NCBI GenBank assembly: GCA_002389285.1
Contig: DGOF01000020.1
Coordinates: 1-57,182, forward strand
Source of the DNA: Patescibacteria group bacterium UBA4473
Lineage (GTDB): Bacteria; Patescibacteriota; Gracilibacteria; UBA4473
DNA: 57,182 nucleotides
Direction of reading: 5' to 3'
Position 1 is the first letter of the stretch; each line of letters begins with the position of its first letter. Position numbers and translations under genes: made by a program. The notes under the pieces were generated by a model that was given only the letters and a program-made list of their open reading frames with translations, was not told where the DNA came from and searched no databases. Shown here piece after piece: positions 29,193 to 38,034 of the stretch.

Positions 29193-30734
29193 TTACTTCG
29201 CAACATTATCAAACCGTCGTTCTCGGAAGACCGCAACCCGCACTTCTCCGGGATACTCACAGTCTTTTTCAATTTTACGTGCCACCTCAAAGGAGAGTTT
29301 TTCCGCTGCCAAGTCATCCATCTCTTCGGCGTTGGCAAACACACGAACTTCTCGTCCAGCCTGAATAGCAAAGGCTTTTTGAACGCCCTTGAAGGAGCTG
29401 GCAATGTTTTCCAGTTCTTTTAATCGTTTGATATATTTTTCCAAGGTTTCTCGACGAGATCCTGGTCGCGCGGCTGAAATAGCATCCGCAGCTTGCAAAA
29501 TACGAGCTTCGATAGACTCATACGGGAAGTCTTCGTGATGAGACTTCATCGCCGTCACGACCCGTGGGTCCACATTAAATTTCTCCAAAATTTCTTTTCC
29601 GATAATCGCATGACCCCCTTCCACTTCATGAGATACCGCTTTCCCCATGTCATGAACCAGTCCTGCTTTTTTACAAACCTCGGGATCAGCTCCAGGGATC
29701 TGTTCGGCAATCGCCTCAGCGAGCCATGCCACTTCCATAGAGTGCTTGAGGACGTTTTGTCCATAAGAAGTTCTGAATCGTAGTCGCCCCACCAGCTTAA
29801 GAACTTGGTCGGGTAATCCTGAAATTCCGAGTTCCTGAGCAGCCTTTTGTCCGAGCTCCAAAATAAGCTTGTCGGCACTTTGTTGAGCTTTCAGCACAGA
29901 CTCTTCAATCTTTGTTGGGTGAATACGTCCGTCCTTGAGCATTTCCTCAAGCGCCAACTTCGCAACATAACGACGGAACATGTCATAACAAGAAATCGTA
30001 ACGGTTCCCGGCGTATCATCAATAATCATGTCCACGCCCGTCACCATCTCAAAGGCGTTAATATTTCGTCCTTCTCGTCCAATAATTTTTCCTTTTAGAT
30101 CATCGGATTCTATTTTGACGACGGTTACCGTGTTTTCTGCCGTTACCGGAGCTGCGTACCGCTGTAAGGCCTGCACAAGAATATTAGACGCTTCTTCATC
30201 GGCTGTTTGCCGCATGAGCTCTACTCTTCGCCGATAGGTATCTTTAAGCGGTCCTGCAATTTCTTTTTCTACATTATCCAACAATTTTTGTTGGGCATCC
30301 TCTTTCGACATCTTGGCTATTTCTCCGAGTTTTTCATTCTGCTCTTCAAGCGTCGCGGAAAGAGATTTTGCCTTTTCATCAGAAGCTTCTTTCGCTTTTT
30401 CATAATCCTCACGAGCTTTTTCCATTTTCTCGATCTTCTGTTCGAGTGATTCCTCTCGCTTTGCCGTCCGTTCGTCCGATTGCTGCTGCATCTTTTCTAG
30501 ACGATCCCGCGTCTGTGTTTCTTCGCGTCGAACATTTTCTCGCAATTGTTCGATGTGCTTTCGACCTTCGCTTGAAGCGCGCTCGGCATCAAGCTCTGCA
30601 TTTTTAAGAATCCGATCGGCTTCTCGACGAGCAGTTTCTTCGATGATTTTTGATTTCGGACGGTTGATGAAGTATGCCACCAGCGCACCAATGGTCAATC
30701 CTCCAGCACCAATTCCTATCAGTAAAGAGTCCAT
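29193..30734 (-). CDS. rny: Ribonuclease Y
   Basis: N-terminal TM, coiled coil, KH domain GKIIGREGRNI, HD motif VHDMGK, AADAISAARPG. Confidence 0.97.
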   Translation of the reverse strand: MDSLLIGIGAGGLTIGALVAYFINRPKSKIIEETARREADRILKNAELDAERASSEGRKHIEQLRENVRREETQTRDRLEKMQQQSDERTAKREESLEQKIEKMEKAREDYEKAKEASDEKAKSLSATLEEQNEKLGEIAKMSKEDAQQKLLDNVEKEIAGPLKDTYRRRVELMRQTADEEASNILVQALQRYAAPVTAENTVTVVKIESDDLKGKIIGREGRNINAFEMVTGVDMIIDDTPGTVTISCYDMFRRYVAKLALEEMLKDGRIHPTKIEESVLKAQQSADKLILELGQKAAQELGISGLPDQVLKLVGRLRFRTSYGQNVLKHSMEVAWLAEAIAEQIPGADPEVCKKAGLVHDMGKAVSHEVEGGHAIIGKEILEKFNVDPRVVTAMKSHHEDFPYESIEARILQAADAISAARPGSRRETLEKYIKRLKELENIASSFKGVQKAFAIQAGREVRVFANAEEMDDLAAEKLSFEVARKIEKDCEYPGEVRVAVFRERRFDNVAK

Positions 30735-30789
30735 AATAAGGGTTGTTAAAATCTGAGAACGAGGATCGTTCTGCTGACAAAAATCTTAC

Positions 30790-30930
30790 TGAAGCCGTTC
30801 CCATAAGTTTTTAGACCGCTCCTGGTGGAGAAGTCAGAAAAGTGATTGAAGTCTTTTTAAGCTCTGTCATACTTGAAGTTTTGGCTCAATTTGTTGCACT
30901 ATTTTCTAAGATTTCAAGGGAAGCGTCGAT
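30790..30930 (-). ncRNA. Putative 6S RNA / structured leader upstream of rny
   Basis: Non-coding stretch after promoter TTGACT-N16-TAGAAT (30996-30969); GCTTCCC...GGGAACGGC closing complementarity; CCACCAGGAGCGGT motif. Confidence 0.4.
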
Positions 30931-31045
30931 TCAATTTTGTTTCTTGTACAGATTGTTTCCTCAATTTCATTCTACAAAAGGACTCCCGAAAGTCAATGCA
31001 CGAGGAATAGTTGCCCGTTGTTCATTATTCGGTGATAATGGATCT

Positions 31046-31741
31046 ATGCTGGCCCTCGAAAATGTTTCGCTGATTCTCGATGATCGAAAAGTACTTGATC
31101 GTATTAGTTTTTCCGTAAAACCCGGAGAAGTTGTAGCGATTTTAGGATCTTCTGGTGCGGGAAAATCCTCTGTTTTTCGTCTTCTTATCGGCGAACAAAA
31201 ACCCACCTTGGGGTCGCTAAAACTGGATGACTTTCGACTCGAAGAACTTTCCGCCCAAAGCATACAGTCTTTTCGCCGGCAAATTGGAATCATCTTTCAA
31301 GATTTTCGACTCTTGCCCCGTCGAACCGCCGCCGAAAACGTGGCGTTTGCGCTTGAAGTGTGTGGTCAAAGCTCTCAAGTGTCTCGCAAAGTCCCTGAAC
31401 TCTTAAAACTTGTCGGGCTTCAAGACAAAGCTGATCAATTTCCGTCGAGTCTCTCCGGGGGAGAATCTCAGCGCCTAGCGATTGCCCGCGCGCTCATCCA
31501 TGATCCGAAAATATTAATTGCCGATGAACCCACCGGGAACCTTGATCCACGTAATTCTCGAGAGATCGCACAGCTTTTTGAACGTCTTCATCGAGAAAAA
31601 AATATAACGATCGTCTTTGCGACGCATAATCCCGTTATGATTGATATCATGAAACCCCGCGTCATTCGCCTCCACGATGGCCGCGTGGCGTTTGATGAAA
31701 AAGCCTGTCCGTTGGAAAGAGCTTTTGAGGGGATTTTGTAA
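31046..31741 (+). CDS. ftsE: ABC ATP-binding protein, FtsE-like
   Basis: GSSGAGKS, RRQIGIIFQDFRLL, LSGGE, ADEPTGNLD, ATH. Confidence 0.85.
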   Translation: MLALENVSLILDDRKVLDRISFSVKPGEVVAILGSSGAGKSSVFRLLIGEQKPTLGSLKLDDFRLEELSAQSIQSFRRQIGIIFQDFRLLPRRTAAENVAFALEVCGQSSQVSRKVPELLKLVGLQDKADQFPSSLSGGESQRLAIARALIHDPKILIADEPTGNLDPRNSREIAQLFERLHREKNITIVFATHNPVMIDIMKPRVIRLHDGRVAFDEKACPLERAFEGIL

Positions 31742-31781
31742 CCCCCTCTGCCCTTCGGGCATCTCCCCCTGACAGGGGAGA
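31742..31781. repeat. REP-like double hairpin
   Basis: TGCCC-TTC-GGGCA followed by TCTCCCC..GGGGAGA between convergent genes. Confidence 0.65.
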
Positions 31782-31786
31782 ACGCT

Positions 31787-32983
31787 TCATTTGTGTATTG
31801 CGCCTGGTTGAATCAATCCGCCGGCTGCAATTTTACAGCCGGGCATCAGCATGGCATGCGTACCGATCTGTGCGCCGGCTCCGACAATGGCCCCGAGTTT
31901 TTCACGTTGGGAAGAAATGCGTTGGTCTTTGATACTCACTTTGACCGGCTTGTGATCCAGTCGGAGATTGGCCGTGGAAGAAAAAGCGCCAAAATTTACA
32001 TCACGATCGACAATGCTATCTCCCACATAGGCCATATGCGTGGTGACGTTTTCAGCGACATAACTTCTCGCAATTTCAGTGTTATAACCCGCTCCAGAAC
32101 CCGCTCCCAGACAACTTTCTCTCACCAGTGCGTTATTGCCGACAATGGCATTTTTACCGATATAGCACGGCGACTGAATGACCGCATGGTCAAATATTTT
32201 TGCGCCGTCTTCTATGACTATATTTTCGCCTTTGAGCACGGCTGTTTTGGCTATTTCTGCTTCGGGTGATATTTTTGCTTCTTGTTCTGCTAATAAAAGA
32301 TTCATCATGTCTAACACATGCCAGGGATATTTGATCGCCTGCCACGCGCCATCATAAGCGACGGCTTGAATATTTTTGGCCTCAAAAAGTTTTTGGAGTG
32401 CTTGCTCATAGCCATCATCGCATTTGTTTATTTCATCCAATTCTTTTTTGAGCGCTCCGGCTTGCTGAATACAATGCACCACAACATTTACCAAATCAGA
32501 AGGCTCGTTGCCTTCGCCGGGTTTTTCCGTGATGCCGGTAATGCGTTGATGTTCATCAACATTCAGATAGCCTCCTGGGAAATATTGTTCTACTTTATGG
32601 GCTAAAACGGCGCCATCATGATTCTGGGCCGCGGCCAAAACTTCTTCATAGGCCCGGACTTCGACACAATCATTGCCGCCCAGAATCATGACGCTTTCGT
32701 CGTCCTCGACGAGCTTTAAGCCATCAGATACACCGCCGGCCATGCCTTCTTCTAGGTTTTGTTGAAGTGTGATTTCAGCCTGAAAATCTGCTTCTGAGAG
32801 CGCTTTTTTTATTAATTCTTGGTTTTCCTGATTCGTTACAACAATGAAATTTTCAAGACCGGCCTGCTGGGCGCGTTCTAAAAGATGAATAATCAACGGC
32901 TTACCGCAAAAAGAAAGCAGGTTTTTGTCACCGATCGGATCCATCCGAGAACTTCTTCCGGAAGCCAAAAAAATCGTCTTCAT
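31787..32983 (-). CDS. Bifunctional sugar-1-phosphate nucleotidyltransferase/acetyltransferase (GlmU-like)
   Basis: LASGRSSRM, TEKP, YPW, hexapeptide repeats, YVGDS, KLGAIVG. Confidence 0.88.
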   Translation of the reverse strand: MKTIFLASGRSSRMDPIGDKNLLSFCGKPLIIHLLERAQQAGLENFIVVTNQENQELIKKALSEADFQAEITLQQNLEEGMAGGVSDGLKLVEDDESVMILGGNDCVEVRAYEEVLAAAQNHDGAVLAHKVEQYFPGGYLNVDEHQRITGITEKPGEGNEPSDLVNVVVHCIQQAGALKKELDEINKCDDGYEQALQKLFEAKNIQAVAYDGAWQAIKYPWHVLDMMNLLLAEQEAKISPEAEIAKTAVLKGENIVIEDGAKIFDHAVIQSPCYIGKNAIVGNNALVRESCLGAGSGAGYNTEIARSYVAENVTTHMAYVGDSIVDRDVNFGAFSSTANLRLDHKPVKVSIKDQRISSQREKLGAIVGAGAQIGTHAMLMPGCKIAAGGLIQPGAIHK

Positions 32984-33510
32984 ACTTTTTCGATTTTAAA
33001 CCCTTCTCCTTCGTCTGTCACCACATAATCAATCTGATGGTTCTGGAGAAGCCCGTGACTTTCGGGGGAAACAAAAAGCGTCAGTCCTTCGGTCCCGACA
33101 ATGCGATCGCCCTCGTCTGGTTTTTGTTGAAAGTCTATAAAATAAGACTTCTCTCCAGTTACTGACTGTAAAACTTCGACTTTTATGCCCTGGCCCTCTT
33201 TGCTCTGTGAAGCCTGAAATTCACGCGCTTTGTCGGCGGCCTTGAGCGTTAAAAAAGGTGGTCTTTTGTTTTGAATTCCAATGGCTGTCCCAAATTCTTG
33301 TGCTGCGTCGTTAAGATCTTCGAGGATCAGTGTGAAATCCTCTTCACTCATGCCATGTCCTAGGACGCCTTCTTTTAAACCTTCGATCCCATTGATCGTG
33401 CAACTGACACAAGAAAGTCCGTGCGCCATCAAAATTTCCGAAGCTTCTGGCATTTGTTCCAAAATATCACCTATGGTTTCGTCGCCGGTAAAGAGTGGAG
33501 AATTTGTCAT
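32980..33510 (-). CDS. DUF1858-like CxxC domain fused to a Cys-less HesB/IscA-like domain
   Basis: HGLSCVSC...HG; LTLKAA...IDYV...GFK. Confidence 0.65.
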   Translation of the reverse strand: MTNSPLFTGDETIGDILEQMPEASEILMAHGLSCVSCTINGIEGLKEGVLGHGMSEEDFTLILEDLNDAAQEFGTAIGIQNKRPPFLTLKAADKAREFQASQSKEGQGIKVEVLQSVTGEKSYFIDFQQKPDEGDRIVGTEGLTLFVSPESHGLLQNHQIDYVVTDEGEGFKIEKV

Positions 33511-33601
33511 GAGTAAGCTGCTTGGTTGTACGAATTTTAATGAACGGTGTCAATTGACATTTCCCCTAAATTAAGTATAAGATGTCTGATTTTATTATAT
33601 T

Positions 33602-35002
33602 ATGGACGAAAACCCTCTTGTCTCGGCTCACAAAGACGCTTCTTCAAATTTCTCTGAGGCGCCTAAAAATAATCCCCAAAAAAAACCTCGCATTTCTGTG
33701 GGAGAAATAACGCAGTGTATTCAACTTTTGAGACAGAATGTTGACAGAGCTGTTGAAGAGCCTGATGAAGCAGCGGAAGCCCTCAAAGATCTCTGGGGAC
33801 GCATTCGGTCTCTCAAAACACCGGGACCTGAAATCCCTCTTTTGGGGGCCTATCGGGACTATCTTCAGGACCTCGGCTGGATGGGATGGGATGATGAGCT
33901 TTCTGATACGGAAATTGAACTTCGTCTTGATCCCGAAGAGACTTCTGATTGGCAGGGCCTTTTTTCTAGAAATCCTGCCACAACTGTTTTTGCTAAACAT
34001 ATTTATGATCATCATTATCGCCCGGAAAATCCATTTTTTGACAAACACCCTCTCCCTTCGCGCTTCCCAAGAATGTTTGAAAATGCCTGTGAGGCCCAAC
34101 AACTCATAGCCTCTTTTTTTGACGACTGGAGAAAACTCTTGGACGCAAATCATGAGATGAACGAAGTGAGTGTGCGCTTTCTTTCTGCTTGGCAACAAGA
34201 CGTTGAACGCTTGATCGCCGAAGCGCTTAATATGGGATGTTGTTTGGCCGTAAAAGGGCAAAAATCAGAATCATTTTCTTATGTTGGAGCGGTCCATGCA
34301 CCCCTCTCTCGCAAACAAAGGTTAGGATCACGGATCCGGGACCTTCACGAAGAGATTGGGACCCTCAATCCGGAATTTAATAGTATTGATCCCTCTCTTC
34401 AAGGGAGTGTCTCCAACCCCACACGATCAAGCACTTTCATTCCGGCCTCGATCAATCTTGATGACATCATGGACTTTCTTAATGACATGAAGCATATCTG
34501 GACCGATATTAGCCGTGATTTTAAGACTCCCATACAACAGTTTTCCGACCATTTCTTTGGGACGGGGCATATCGCCCTCCTTGCCCGACCGAAATATGAT
34601 CGAAAAGCTGACTCTCGAGTTCGTATCAAACATGTTCCGATTCGTCCAAAATCCCGAGGTGAATTTTTTTCCAGCAAACAAGATCCTAAGTCTTGTTCTT
34701 TCCGCCTTGATAAAGATGAAAAAAGGAAAAGAATTGCTTTTGAATTTTGTTCTATCCGAACGCCTCAAATTCTGGCTCTTTCTGAAGCAGATTTTTTAGA
34801 TAAGCCAAGTATCAATCTTAATCTGAACGAACAACGCGCACTTTGTGCGGCGATTGTTGCACAGGCGTCTCAGCGCATGTTCCCTCTTCAGAGCATCTCT
34901 CATCACTTTCAAGGTTCTGCAGACACCGAAGAATTTTACGAAAACTTTGATGACATCGTCGATTGTCTTTGTGATGGTCTTATTACGTCCTCTCTTCGGT
35001 AA
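33602..35002 (+). CDS. Hypothetical protein (orphan)
   Basis: 466-aa ORF with TTGACA at 33554; no recognised motif. Confidence 0.7.
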   Translation: MDENPLVSAHKDASSNFSEAPKNNPQKKPRISVGEITQCIQLLRQNVDRAVEEPDEAAEALKDLWGRIRSLKTPGPEIPLLGAYRDYLQDLGWMGWDDELSDTEIELRLDPEETSDWQGLFSRNPATTVFAKHIYDHHYRPENPFFDKHPLPSRFPRMFENACEAQQLIASFFDDWRKLLDANHEMNEVSVRFLSAWQQDVERLIAEALNMGCCLAVKGQKSESFSYVGAVHAPLSRKQRLGSRIRDLHEEIGTLNPEFNSIDPSLQGSVSNPTRSSTFIPASINLDDIMDFLNDMKHIWTDISRDFKTPIQQFSDHFFGTGHIALLARPKYDRKADSRVRIKHVPIRPKSRGEFFSSKQDPKSCSFRLDKDEKRKRIAFEFCSIRTPQILALSEADFLDKPSINLNLNEQRALCAAIVAQASQRMFPLQSISHHFQGSADTEEFYENFDDIVDCLCDGLITSSLR

Positions 35003-35067
35003 AAATAAGGCCGTGACATATTTTGCTTTTACTTGCGAAGAATCAGAAATCTGATAAAAAGAAATGG

Positions 35068-35943
35068 ATGAAACGTGCGCACCAGTCGCTTGATCAGTCC
35101 TCCCCACAAAATGCCTTTGATGTGCAATACAAAGGCCTTTTGGAAGCCGTTATGAATCACGGCGTGGACGAAGTAAACCAACGTACCGGGCATGTATGCC
35201 GAAGTATTCCTGGCATGGGAATGCGCTTTGATCTGGCGGAAGGATTTCCTCTTTTGGCGCTTCGCAAAATCCCGCTTAAAGTCTTTATTGCCGAGCAGAT
35301 GTGGTTTTTGATGGGGAATAAAAACCTGTCTTTTTTGCAACGTTTTACCAAAATCTGGGACGATTTTGCAGAAGAAAATAACTGTGTGGAATCCGCCTAT
35401 GGCTACCGATGGCGCAAGCACTTTGGGCGCGATCAGATCGGTGCTCTGGTCACAATGCTTCAAAATGATCCAACCTCTCGCCACGGAGTCGTCCTGATGT
35501 GGGACCCGAGTGACGATGGACTCGGAGGAGAAGGCACCGCTAAGAAAAATGTCCCCTGTCCGTACACATTTACCGTGCAGATTATCGGCGGACGGCTGTG
35601 TTTACATCTCATGATTCGTAGTAATGATCTGTTATTAGGAAACCCGCATGATGTCTCGGGCTTTGCGCTGCAGGCACATTTTTTAGCGCAGAAATTAAAC
35701 GTTGAACCGGGAATTTTAACCGTGTCTATTTCGAATGCGCATATTTATGACATTCATTTTGAACAGGCTCAAGAAATTATTGATCGAGACATCACACATA
35801 CGCCGATCAAATTCGTCTGTCCGCCCAATGCTTTTGATCGGGCGGAGGAAGGCGATGAAAGCTTGGTCAACGATGTTTTCGAAGCGATTAAGTCTCACTA
35901 TAATCCTCAGCCGGCTTTAAAAAGAATGGCCATTGTGCTTTAA
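35068..35943 (+). CDS. thyA: Thymidylate synthase family protein with Asp at the Asn177-equivalent position
   Basis: RTG, FPLL, AEQMWFL, YGYRWR, PCP, RSND..LGNPHD, NAHIY; start codon uncertain. Confidence 0.9.
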   Translation: MKRAHQSLDQSSPQNAFDVQYKGLLEAVMNHGVDEVNQRTGHVCRSIPGMGMRFDLAEGFPLLALRKIPLKVFIAEQMWFLMGNKNLSFLQRFTKIWDDFAEENNCVESAYGYRWRKHFGRDQIGALVTMLQNDPTSRHGVVLMWDPSDDGLGGEGTAKKNVPCPYTFTVQIIGGRLCLHLMIRSNDLLLGNPHDVSGFALQAHFLAQKLNVEPGILTVSISNAHIYDIHFEQAQEIIDRDITHTPIKFVCPPNAFDRAEEGDESLVNDVFEAIKSHYNPQPALKRMAIVL

Positions 35944-35982
35944 CGGAGATGGTTCTGATGCGGGATTGTGAAGCCTTAAACC

Positions 35983-36110
35983 GGGCACATTGCAATATGC
36001 CCTTTTGTTAAACAAGGCGGATAATATCCGCCCCTACAGAAAAAGGTGGCTGACCCCATTTTTTCCCCACCGCACAAAAAACCGTGTGGTTCAAGGCCAA
36101 GCCTTGAACC
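35983..36110. repeat. Cluster of REP-like hairpins
   Basis: GGGCACATTGCAATATGCCC; GGCGGATAATATCCGCCCCTAC (GTAG-type); GGTTCAAGGCCAAGCCTTGAACC. Confidence 0.7.
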
Positions 36111-36204
36111 GGCCAGAAGTCTTGATAGACTACACCTGACTCCTTTCCTCATGCGATCTTGACAAAACATTGATTTTAAATATGTTCGCACCACTTTTCT
36201 CCTT

Positions 36205-37062
36205 ATGTCCCAGCTTTCCAGTGCTTCCGTTAATTATCAGCCAGAGCATGCAAAAGCTCGGGCGGATTTTTGGCCGGAGTTTGTTGATGCTCAAAAGCGT
36301 TGGCAGATTGAGGAGTCTTTTTGGAGAGGATTAGTCGATCAATATGGGATAAGAGTTCTTGACACTTGTTCGGGAGCGGGAGTGGAAGCCATTGGATTAT
36401 CTCAAATGGGGTGTGATGTCACCGCGAATGAAGAAGATCCTTTTTTGAGAGATGTTTTACAGGTGAATTTAGATGATTCAAATCTCGTGCTCCCGGTGAC
36501 AGATTTGAAATGGAAAAATTTAGCGGAAAATCTCCCAGAAGAAAGTTTTGATATGTTGCTTTGTGTGGGGAATTCTTTGACGTATCTCTTTACAAGAGAA
36601 GACCAACTTTTAGCGCTTCATAATTTCAAACGACTTCTTAAAAAAGGCGGTGTTTTAGTGTTGGATGAGCGAAACTACATGCCGATTAAAAGACGGGTTG
36701 AAGAAACATTGGCGAAGGGAAAACCCCTTGAATATACATCTTCTTGTGGCAATGGATCTCCTATGTATTGCGGGGAAACAATCGTGGCTTATCCGGTGCA
36801 GGTAAATGAAAGTGGAACGTACACCTTTCACTATAAAAGAATTCCAAAACTAGATTCTGCTCAGGAGATACGTGGTCAAGTTGGAGATGTGCTTACGGAA
36901 AACAGAGAACCTGTGGCGGTAGAGATGTATCCCTTTTCAGTTCTTGAGGTGGGAGGTCTTTTGCAGCAAGTTGAGTTTGAGAGAGTCGCAACTTTTTCAG
37001 ATTTAGAACCAGGTATTAGTAGGTCTGCACATTTTTATCAACATCTTGCTATTAAGGGATAG
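36205..37062 (+). CDS. Class I SAM methyltransferase, glycine/sarcosine N-methyltransferase-like
   Basis: VLDTCSGAG, FDMLLCVGNSLTYLF, GGVLVLDERNY, YCGE; promoter TTGACA-N16-TATGTT at 36159-36186. Confidence 0.8.
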   Translation: MSQLSSASVNYQPEHAKARADFWPEFVDAQKRWQIEESFWRGLVDQYGIRVLDTCSGAGVEAIGLSQMGCDVTANEEDPFLRDVLQVNLDDSNLVLPVTDLKWKNLAENLPEESFDMLLCVGNSLTYLFTREDQLLALHNFKRLLKKGGVLVLDERNYMPIKRRVEETLAKGKPLEYTSSCGNGSPMYCGETIVAYPVQVNESGTYTFHYKRIPKLDSAQEIRGQVGDVLTENREPVAVEMYPFSVLEVGGLLQQVEFERVATFSDLEPGISRSAHFYQHLAIKG

Positions 37063-37065
37063 TTT

Positions 37066-37818
37066 TTATTTCGCCAAAGGCCAACAAAAATCAAAGAGAG
37101 CTTTTAGCGTATTGGAGATACTTTTACTTTCGATAATTACTCCAAACATCTCTTTTTCTGTATATGAAAAGAATGCTATTTTTGCTCCGTAAATATTTAT
37201 TTCAATTTCAGCTGGAAAGAGTTCTGAAGGGAGAAACTTAGTCTCTCGGCAACATTTTTTATCTTCATTTCGAAAATCTTTATTAGTTTTATTTTTTGGG
37301 GTGATGACATACGCAAAAATTTCAGCTTCAGTCCGACGTGGAACATAATTTTTTAAAATAAATTCAGCCGCAGCCGGTGCCATTTCTTCTACATTTTCAA
37401 AAGCATAAATGGTCTTCCCTTCTTTTAACGTGTCTTCATAGACGTGTTTTAGTCCTTCGAGGCCTTCATGAAATTGCACCTTCGGCAACACCGTCTTCGG
37501 ATTCGCCATCCCCTTGAGCATCCCCATAATCCGCTGGGTTTGGGCTTCTTTTTCTTGGAGTTCTTTCTTCTCCGATTCGAGGAGATAAAGGAGTTTGTCG
37601 GGGGATTCGGCGCGGTAGTAGAAGGTGTTTCCCGATCGCATCTCGGCGATGACGCCTTTTTTGACCAATTGCCGACACGTATAACGCGCGGTCGTGCGTT
37701 CGAGTTTGGTTCGATAGCCCAGCGTGGAAGCCGGGGATTTTTCGAGGGGCAGTAACGAAAGATAGATTTTTACTTCGTTGGGATTCAGGCCCAGATCACG
37801 GAGTGTTTGTTCGACCAT
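37066..37818 (-). CDS. TrmB-family HTH transcriptional regulator
   Basis: LGLNPNEVKIYLSLL...RTT..Y...LVKKG; FHEGLEGL; EINIY. Confidence 0.85.
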   Translation of the reverse strand: MVEQTLRDLGLNPNEVKIYLSLLPLEKSPASTLGYRTKLERTTARYTCRQLVKKGVIAEMRSGNTFYYRAESPDKLLYLLESEKKELQEKEAQTQRIMGMLKGMANPKTVLPKVQFHEGLEGLKHVYEDTLKEGKTIYAFENVEEMAPAAAEFILKNYVPRRTEAEIFAYVITPKNKTNKDFRNEDKKCCRETKFLPSELFPAEIEINIYGAKIAFFSYTEKEMFGVIIESKSISNTLKALFDFCWPLAK

Positions 37819-38034
37819 TGAAGGAAACAAAATTGAGAGTAACTTGAACTGTATCAAAATTATTTTATTTTGCAAGTTTTTTTAAAAGTGGGAAACAGGA
37901 TTTCCCAGAAATAGGCCTTATTCAAGCCATTAAATCGAGAAATGGGAAAGGGGACTGTTAGGCGTGCGTACACACAAAGACTTTGCCAAAACAAAAAAAT
38001 TGTGGAGGATTAAAGTTAGATTTAATCAAAACCC

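Noticed and set aside
31046-31741. ftsE without ftsX as a novel system
   Set aside because: Operon fragmentation is general in this window, so ftsX is probably elsewhere in the genome.
35944-36140. Riboswitch or ncRNA after thyA
   Set aside because: The hairpins are better explained as REP-type palindromes (one with GTAG); no aptamer consensus was recognised.
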